Assembly: GCA_037305845.1 (NCBI GenBank)
Contig: CP147778.1
Span: 288,001-352,000 of the forward strand
From: Candidatus Freyarchaeum deiterrae
GTDB lineage: Archaea > Asgardarchaeota > Jordiarchaeia > Jordiarchaeales > Jordiarchaeaceae
Direction of reading: 5' to 3'
Length of the DNA: 64,000 nucleotides
In this document: positions 57,183 to 64,000 of the stretch, piece after piece
How positions within the stretch are numbered: the stretch's first letter is position 1
How the letters are laid out: every line of letters begins with the position of its first letter
The notes under the pieces: generated by a model
The model's database searches: none
Seen by the model: only the letters and a program-made list of their open reading frames with translations
What the model was told of the DNA's origin: nothing
Translations under genes and position numbers: made by a program

Positions 57183-57811
57183 CTATTTTTCTTTTTGTTC
57201 GAGGGCTCTGTCGATTTCCTCTTTAAACAGTGAATAGGGCTCCGCTCCAAATATTACACTATGGTTTTTAATTATGAATGTGGGAACTCCTGTTATACAT
57301 TTGTTTCTTCCTTCACGATAATTTTGAATTATTATGTCCTTCTTGGAACCACCGTTCAGACATTTTTCGAACAATTCCACATCCATTCCTACATCGGTGG
57401 CTATTTCCTTTAAAACTTCCACACTGCCAATGTCTCTATGTTCTTTGAATAAAGCGTCAAAAACCTTTTCGTGGAATTCCCAGAACTTACCCTGATCCCT
57501 TGCGCACTCACTAGCCTCGAAGGCTTTCACGGAGTCGGGAAGTGTGAAGGGAAGTTTGGGGGGGTGATCTTTATGTCCAGATTTCTCTCCTCAGCTAGGT
57601 TTTTAATACGTTCGAAAACTCTGAGAATAAAATCATTTGACATTATGGGTTTAATGCTTCCTGGGTATAGGGGATAGTGTTTCCAAGTAAAACTAATTTT
57701 GTCACCGTACTCTTCCTTTAGTTCCTTTAGGGTGAGGTATCCTATAAAGCAGAAGGGGCATATGTAATCCGAAAAAACGATGATTTCAAGAGGAGAATTT
57801 TTTTCAACCAA
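57183..57811 (-). pseudogene. DsbA/FrnE-family thioredoxin-fold oxidoreductase split by a -1 frameshift (ORFs 57527..57811 and 57183..57530)
   Basis: FSDYICPFC in the 5' ORF, ITGVPTF...GAEP in the 3' ORF; one extra C in the C7 run (57558-57564) joins them as ITPPKLPFTLPDSVKAFEA. Confidence 0.85.
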
Positions 57812-57940
57812 AATTTCTTCACCAGCCTAATTTCCAATCACATCGTTAAAAACATTTTCAAACCACTCATGGGTTCCAGAGAAAAATGGTGATAAATAAA
57901 GTGGAAAGAAAAGATTGTTAATATCTCAAGAGAAGCTAAT

Positions 57941-60900
57941 CTAAACAATGTCTAGCTGGCTCAATTTCTTCTCGCAACTCGGGCAGGTTCCCTTTATCTT
58001 GATCCATTCTAATAGGTGGTCTTTGTGGCTCAGGGCTCCGCAGCATGGACACTTGACCAACTGGTCTCCTGAGACAATGTTTATCTGGCACACTGGGCAC
58101 CTGAGTCTGGCTCCTCCGCAGTTGGGGCAATACTTTTCGTCCCCCTGAATCTCGGTTCCGCAGAACATGCAGCACCGCTGCCCAATGTCAGGTGTAGGTG
58201 AGGTGATTACTCCCAGCTTTTTCTCAACGGTAGCAAGTTTGGCGCTGTATTTCTGGTATATTTCCCGGTACTCGTCGGGGGTGAGTTTTCCGGCTTCGAA
58301 CCGGGTGTTTATCTCCGCCATCAGGTCCTTGAGAGCCGCCCTTCTAGATTCGAGGTCTTGAGCCAGACGCTTGGCTTTGGCTGGCTTTACACGCTTTGCA
58401 GCGGTTACTGTCTGTGCTTCACTCTGAGGCGTTGTCCTCCTGATTTTGAGAATTATCTTCTGTTCTGAGGCTTTTTCTTCTCTTGTGGGAGAGATTTGGG
58501 TCCCTGTATAGCTGGCTGGTCTCTGAGGAGCAGTCTCTGGATATCTGGTTGGGGCTTCCGTCTCGGTAATCTGTTCTTCTTCCCTTCTTCCTCTCCGCAA
58601 TCCCAATGTGGCAACCGTGACCCCTGCGACCGCGACCAAGCCTAGAGTCAGGTAAATCAGAGGATTTAGGCCGCTGGGTGTATTCAAGAAAAGTATTAGT
58701 AATGGGATATACGGATACCACACTGGTGTTCCGAGTATGGCAAAGTAGGTTAAATGGTTAGTATACCCAGTTATTGTGTTGTTCTGGATGTCTACGGTGC
58801 TTGGGAGCTGGATCCAGTTTCCTGAGGTTTCGTTCCAGTACCATATTGCTAGGGAGTTTTCTTTCAGGTTGTTTCCTGTGACTTCTTGGTCAGTGTAGTG
58901 TATTGTTATATTGATTCCCTGAATTGCGGTTGTGTTATCTACCTCGATAGAAACAAATCTTCCCAAAAAGTTCAAGCCGAAGGGCGTATTTCCCTTCAGG
59001 TTATCTATGATTTTTATAATGCTCAAGTTAACTGGATTTGTTAGATTTATAGTGAGTTCTACCCCCATTTGTACCGAGACATTCACAAGTTTATTTATAC
59101 CAGCACCAATACTGGTAGTGATTGAAGAGTCTACTTTTTCCACAACAAAAGTTTCCTTATGAGATGAACTCATGTAGACTGTTCTTTTGTTGTCCGTAAT
59201 ATTTAGCCCAAAGAAACTAGCAGTCACTCTGGCCGCATTATATATCGGGGTCCCACCAACATAGGTTTGATATGGTACAATAAACCAGTCGGTTAATCCA
59301 CTTTGGTTTGTTGTGGAGTTGCTGCCGCCAAATTCAGGAGAGGCGTAAACTACGTTTCCATCAACCTCTACCTTAACGTCCGCACCCTGTACAGGATTCT
59401 CGTTTTTGTCCAGAACCTCAATACAGAGATAATTTGCTACAACACTTCCCGTGAAATCAATATATAAGTTACTACCATCCAGATTGAAACCGTATCTGTT
59501 GTTCACAAGAGTGTTATCTGTAAGAGTATTGTTGTTTGATTTCCATTCTAGGAAGAAACCGGCGGCGCCGTTGTTGTTTGCAGTGTTACACGAAAGAGTG
59601 TTGTTTGAGCTTTGGGACAGGAAGAAGCCGTCTCCGTTGTTGTTTGCGGTATTGTTTGAGAGAGTATTGTTGGAGCTGTCGTACATGTAGAAGCCATCGC
59701 CGTTGTTGATGGCGAAATTGCTCATAAGTTTGCTATACGTGCTGCGAAATATATCGAATCCATAGTTGTTGTTGCTTGCTGTGTTACCCGTAAGAGTGTT
59801 GTTGTAGGTGTTGTATATGTTGAAGCCGTCCCAGACGTTGTTGGTTGCGGTGTTGCCTGAGATATTGTTGTTATTGGAACCGAACCAGAGATATAAGCCG
59901 TACATGTTGTTGTATGAAATCGTATTATTAATGAGTTGGTTGTTGGAACTGGAGTCGAGGAAGAATCCGTCGTTACTGTTGTTTGTGACGTTGTTGTTTC
60001 TTATTATATTGTAGTAAGCATTCCAGAGCAATATTCCATAGTAGTTGTTTGAGAAGGTGTTGTTTTCGATTACCGCGTTGTCGGTGTTTATGCAGGGACC
60101 GCAATCCTCTTTGTTTGGCCAGTTGCTGTATCCGCAGTAGTGTATTTCGCTGTTGTTCATCTGGAATGTTGCTCCGGGTTGCACCCAGAATACGAAGTTA
60201 TGCGCATTATCTTTATTGTAGGCTGTGATTACTGTGGCGTCATTTGTGGTGAGAGGGTTACCGTCACTATCATTGATGTACAATGCTCCCCCGCTCTTAA
60301 CTTCTATGCCGTGTTCGCCGTTGGTGGAGCAGTTGACAAATAAGGTGACGCTGGTTAGTGTCAGGCTTCCCCCGCCAGCTATTGTAAGGTTTCCATTTAG
60401 TATAATTTGAGTGTTTGAAATGTTCTGTGAATCACTTATTGTGGTATCTCCCCATATAGTGGGGGTAGCGGTGAAGTTTTCAATATGAGAAGATGATATG
60501 TCAACAATTCTAGGGTTGTTGAGAAAGCTCATTATTTTGAATTTCACGGTTACAACCGTTGTGTTCCCCACCCAGGCTCCACTGGTAAAGGTTTGATAGG
60601 GAACAATGATCAAGTCGGTTAATCCGTTTTGGTCTGTTGAGGAATTAATTCCACCAAATCCGGGGGAGGCGTAAAGCGGGTTCCCGTCAACCTCTACCTT
60701 AACATCCGCACCCTGCACAGCACCACCGTCGTAGCCCAGTACCTTAACGCTGAGATAATTTGACACAATACTGCCTGTGAGATCATTGCCTGAACTGCCA
60801 GCTTCAAGATAGAAACCGTATGCGTTGTTTACGGCAGCGTTTCCCGTAATAGTATTGTTCAAGCAGGAGAATAGGTAGAAGCCGTAGGTGCTGTTTGTGG

Positions 60901-63013
60901 CGGTGTTACTCGAAAGAGTATTGTTATTGGAGCTGGAGGATAGGTAGAAGCCGTAGTAGTTGTTGTTTGTGACGGTGTTACTTGTAAGATTGTTGTTTGA
61001 GCTGGAGGATAGACCGAAGCCTAAATAATAGTTGAGGTTTGCGGTGTTACTCGAAAGAGTATTATTCGAGCTGGAGGATAGGAAGAAACCGTCCCAGCCG
61101 TTGTGGTATGCGGTGTTACTCGAAAGAGTATTGTTGTTCGAGTAGTGGTTAAGGTCGAAGCCGTTGCCTCTCCAGCCGAAAGCCCCGTTGTCGTTTGCGG
61201 TATTACCCAAGAGAATATTGTTGTTCGAGTAGTGGTCTAGGTCGAAGCCCCAATAGTTGTATTTTGCGGTATTACTTGTAAGAGTGTTATTTGAGCTGGA
61301 GTTTAGGTAGAAGCCGTATTGGGTGTTGTTGTTTGCGGTGTTACCCAAGAGAGTATTATTCGAGCTGGAGGATAGGCTGAAGCCGTCGTTAATATTGTTG
61401 TTTACGGTGTTACCCAAGAGAGTATTGTTGTATGCAGAGTATAATGTGATTCCAACATAGTTGTTTGTGAATGTGTTGTTCTCTATGACTGCGTTGTTGG
61501 TGCTTATCCAGAGACCATAATAGTCATAGTTACTGGTCGTGTAATTGTATCCGCAGTATTGCAGTTCGCTGTTGTTCATCTGGAATGTTGCTCCGGGTTG
61601 CACCCGAAATAGGAAGTTATGCGTGTTGTCTGGATTATAGGCAGTGATGTTTGTGGCGTCGTTTATAGTATTAGGGTTTCCGTCGCTGTCATTTATGTAT
61701 AGTGCTCCTCCACTCTGAACCTCTATGCCGTGTTCACCGTTAGTGGTGCAGTTGACCATTAAGGTATCATTGGTTAGTGTCAGGCTTCCCCCACTAGCGA
61801 TTGTTAGGTTTCCGTTCAGAATTATGGCTTTGCTGTAAATTATTTGAGTATCGGTGATAATGGTATCGTTCCAGATTTCTTCTTCGCTTCCCCAGGCTCC
61901 CTGGATTGGTTCGGGGTCACATAAATTTCTTACAAAGCACCAATCAACTGTTACACTTGTATTAGTACCTCTTGCCCCAAAATTTATACCCAAATTATCT
62001 TTAGGTGCTTGGCCAGGCATCCAAGCTGTTAAAATGTCGTTTTCGAAGAATTGGACGTCATTTTTCCAAATTATCTTTAAAATATGGTAAGAGCTTAAAT
62101 CTGTTCTTCGGACTACCATGCCAGCACTGTCGTCTGTCCATACTTGATAATAATCTAGCGCAAACTCGGCAATATCAAACCCGAAACCCGAGTAACCACC
62201 ACCTGTTGCGCTTCTTTCATCCGCAGCTATCTGCCACGCATTTTGTCCACCGGCTTGTCCGTATGCTTTAGCTCTGAAATAAAAAGCTCTCGGCTTGCTG
62301 AATTGGACTCTAGCGCCGATGGATTCAAAATCGAGACCTCCATTGCCCAAAATTGTTAACTCGGTTCCAGACTCGGAATACGCACCGCCTGTTTTCCCTA
62401 TATTCCATTTGTTCGTGTCCAAAATATTGTCATCAAAGTGATCAAAGAATGGAAAAGTGTTAGTCCCATTACTAGTTGTTGTGGCATCGTTTTTCCCATA
62501 ATAAACGTAAATAGTAGTATTGTTAGGTGCAACGGGGATAGAATCTACTTGGACCCAGAAGGTCGCGTTGTCACCGTCGTACTCGCTCTCCATCCAGTAG
62601 TTCAGTTGGCTGGTTCCATCCGAGTTTGTGAACCTTATGTCGCCGAAGTCTGTTCTGCAGTTAGCCTTACAATAAATGTTCTCGGCGTTGTCGCTGCCGC
62701 TGCTGTAGTGTACCACTATCATCGTCTGGTAATTGGTCTGGGCACCCGCAGTACTTCCACTTAATGTGTGGCTTTTGCAGTATTCCCATCCCGACAGCCA
62801 AAAAGCTTTTGCATTAATATTATTGTTATTTTGGGGGTTGTTTAAAAATAGGGTTTGAAAGTAATTTGTATTTGTAGTTTGGTAAGAGAGGAATACGGGT
62901 ATGCATATTGAAATGGTGAAAAGTGAAATCGCCATTAATGCGATGAATGCACGTTTATGATTATTTAAACGGTTTTTTAGGCTTGGTATTTTCACCCGCC
63001 TCATTTCTCCCAT
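57941..63013 (-). CDS. 1690-aa cell-surface protein: signal/TM, DUF2341-like domain, two NosD/CASH beta-helix modules, Ig-like domain, TM, cytoplasmic helical hairpin, zinc ribbon and RING-like finger
   Basis: DFGDIRFT...LNYWME...YVYYG; many GFxLxxSSNNTLxxNT repeats; hydrophobic TM followed by RRGRR; CMFCG..YCPNCG; CPVC-x12-CPCC-x4-H-x2-H-LLEW-x6-CPSC. Confidence 0.88.
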   Translation of the reverse strand: MGEMRRVKIPSLKNRLNNHKRAFIALMAISLFTISICIPVFLSYQTTNTNYFQTLFLNNPQNNNNINAKAFWLSGWEYCKSHTLSGSTAGAQTNYQTMIVVHYSSGSDNAENIYCKANCRTDFGDIRFTNSDGTSQLNYWMESEYDGDNATFWVQVDSIPVAPNNTTIYVYYGKNDATTTSNGTNTFPFFDHFDDNILDTNKWNIGKTGGAYSESGTELTILGNGGLDFESIGARVQFSKPRAFYFRAKAYGQAGGQNAWQIAADERSATGGGYSGFGFDIAEFALDYYQVWTDDSAGMVVRRTDLSSYHILKIIWKNDVQFFENDILTAWMPGQAPKDNLGINFGARGTNTSVTVDWCFVRNLCDPEPIQGAWGSEEEIWNDTIITDTQIIYSKAIILNGNLTIASGGSLTLTNDTLMVNCTTNGEHGIEVQSGGALYINDSDGNPNTINDATNITAYNPDNTHNFLFRVQPGATFQMNNSELQYCGYNYTTSNYDYYGLWISTNNAVIENNTFTNNYVGITLYSAYNNTLLGNTVNNNINDGFSLSSSSNNTLLGNTANNNTQYGFYLNSSSNNTLTSNTAKYNYWGFDLDHYSNNNILLGNTANDNGAFGWRGNGFDLNHYSNNNTLSSNTAYHNGWDGFFLSSSSNNTLSSNTANLNYYLGFGLSSSSNNNLTSNTVTNNNYYGFYLSSSSNNNTLSSNTATNSTYGFYLFSCLNNTITGNAAVNNAYGFYLEAGSSGNDLTGSIVSNYLSVKVLGYDGGAVQGADVKVEVDGNPLYASPGFGGINSSTDQNGLTDLIIVPYQTFTSGAWVGNTTVVTVKFKIMSFLNNPRIVDISSSHIENFTATPTIWGDTTISDSQNISNTQIILNGNLTIAGGGSLTLTSVTLFVNCSTNGEHGIEVKSGGALYINDSDGNPLTTNDATVITAYNKDNAHNFVFWVQPGATFQMNNSEIHYCGYSNWPNKEDCGPCINTDNAVIENNTFSNNYYGILLWNAYYNIIRNNNVTNNSNDGFFLDSSSNNQLINNTISYNNMYGLYLWFGSNNNNISGNTATNNVWDGFNIYNTYNNTLTGNTASNNNYGFDIFRSTYSKLMSNFAINNGDGFYMYDSSNNTLSNNTANNNGDGFFLSQSSNNTLSCNTANNNGAAGFFLEWKSNNNTLTDNTLVNNRYGFNLDGSNLYIDFTGSVVANYLCIEVLDKNENPVQGADVKVEVDGNVVYASPEFGGSNSTTNQSGLTDWFIVPYQTYVGGTPIYNAARVTASFFGLNITDNKRTVYMSSSHKETFVVEKVDSSITTSIGAGINKLVNVSVQMGVELTINLTNPVNLSIIKIIDNLKGNTPFGLNFLGRFVSIEVDNTTAIQGINITIHYTDQEVTGNNLKENSLAIWYWNETSGNWIQLPSTVDIQNNTITGYTNHLTYFAILGTPVWYPYIPLLILFLNTPSGLNPLIYLTLGLVAVAGVTVATLGLRRGRREEEQITETEAPTRYPETAPQRPASYTGTQISPTREEKASEQKIILKIRRTTPQSEAQTVTAAKRVKPAKAKRLAQDLESRRAALKDLMAEINTRFEAGKLTPDEYREIYQKYSAKLATVEKKLGVITSPTPDIGQRCCMFCGTEIQGDEKYCPNCGGARLRCPVCQINIVSGDQLVKCPCCGALSHKDHLLEWIKIKGTCPSCEKKLSQLDIV

Positions 63014-63370
63014 TGATTATATAAATTCGGTAATATATTTATATACTTATTTATTGTGACAAAAACGAAGATGGCATTATCCTTAGATTTTTAATAAATT
63101 TTTTCTAGTGAGTTAATAGCTTTTAATTATCGATTCAATTAAGGGAGAAGAGGATTATTTTTTTAATAGAGTATGGGGGCAACTCAATACTGTGATGATG
63201 GTGTATTATTGGTCTACTTTGGGTGGTTAGGATTCAAAATTTTTGTTTAATAATTTTTTTCTAATTGTTGAGAACATAAAGATTGAGTTTTGTTTGTTTT
63301 AAGTAAAGTGGTATTTTAATACTGAAAATTCTTTTAAGGGGATAAATCGTTGTAAATATTAAAAGGAGGA

Positions 63371-64000
63371 ATGGTCTTGGCGTTCTCAGCAAAGGATGTG
63401 GAAAGGGTTGCTGAACTTATCAGTAATGCTTCTTATCTAGTTGCATTCACTGGGGCGGGTATCTCTACCGAGAGCGGAATTCCGGATTATAGAGGTCCGG
63501 AGGGTGTTTGGACACTTAGAGATAAGGGTTTGAAGCCCAAATTGCCAACGAAGCCTATGGATCAAATTGAACCCAACGATGGTCATTACGCTCTTGTTGA
63601 GCTTTACAATATGGGGATACTGAAATATGTGATATCTCAAAACGTTGATAATCTTCACATAAAATCGGGCATTCCTCAAGATATTCTCGCTGAGCTTCAC
63701 GGTAATCATGCTCTCATGAAATGCTTGAGCTGTGATGCGCGTTTTTCAAAAGAGGAAGTGGGATGGGACGACCTTGTATGTGGTAATGGCTATAGAACAC
63801 AGAAACCTGTTTCCAATCAACCGGCGTGTCCGGAATGTTCTGGTAGACTTATTTCATCAGTGGTAAACTTCGGTGACCCGATGCCTGAACGTGAAATAGC
63901 GGAATCTGCTAGGCAATCAGGAAAATGTGACTTAATGTTGGTGGTAGGTTCGTCGTTAAGTGTTTCTCCTGCTAACCAATTCCCGATTATTGCAAAGAGT
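63371..64000 (+). CDS. cobB: Sir2-family NAD-dependent protein deacylase (partial, runs off window end)
   Basis: Hand translation from ATG at 63371 after AGGAGG: FTGAGISTESGIPDYRGPEG, SQNVDNLH, ELHG, CLSC/CPEC, VVNFGD, VGSSL. Confidence 0.92.
   Translation, partial: MVLAFSAKDVERVAELISNASYLVAFTGAGISTESGIPDYRGPEGVWTLRDKGLKPKLPTKPMDQIEPNDGHYALVELYNMGILKYVISQNVDNLHIKSGIPQDILAELHGNHALMKCLSCDARFSKEEVGWDDLVCGNGYRTQKPVSNQPACPECSGRLISSVVNFGDPMPEREIAESARQSGKCDLMLVVGSSLSVSPANQFPIIAKS

Noticed and set aside
63437-63709. 90-aa minus-strand ORF, and similar short antisense ORFs such as 206..721, 19114..19665, 46614..47192 and 48862..49536
   Set aside because: They lie antisense to well-supported genes and have no independent motifs.

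Overview
Gene-dense archaeal chromosomal segment, most likely from an Asgard archaeon. This is inferred from a longin-small GTPase fusion, RING-like zinc fingers, form III RuBisCO, WtpABC, short-form XPF and TTG/GTG starts with GGAGG/GGTGA Shine-Dalgarno sites. Most genes serve anaerobic organic/fatty-acid and redox metabolism: 3-hydroxyacyl-CoA dehydrogenases x2, an acyl-CoA ligase, an old-yellow-enzyme reductase, a glycyl radical enzyme with activase, AcdA, Fe-S proteins, flavodoxins x3 and an FNR-like reductase. Housekeeping genes include nadE, queC, XPF, an RNase J-like enzyme and a sirtuin. The most unusual elements are: (1) a tight three-gene operon (43.2-50.8 kb) encoding a STAND NTPase-TPR protein, a 770-aa all-helical protein and a TrmB protein with a ~960-aa helical insert; (2) a 1690-aa receptor-like surface protein with a cytoplasmic zinc ribbon and RING-like domain, plus a decayed paralogous RING gene next to a HEAT-repeat protein; (3) a 1.2-kb islet bounded by a duplicated RNase J 3' end, carrying a broken PIN gene, its partner and a 208-bp non-autonomous IS200/IS605 element that looks like a promoter plus omega-RNA cassette; (4) a DsbA/FrnE gene split at a C7 tract that includes a -1 slippery heptamer; (5) a ModE-like box upstream of wtpABC. 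I saw no rRNA, tRNA or CRISPR array. All family calls come from motif recognition by eye, not database searches.
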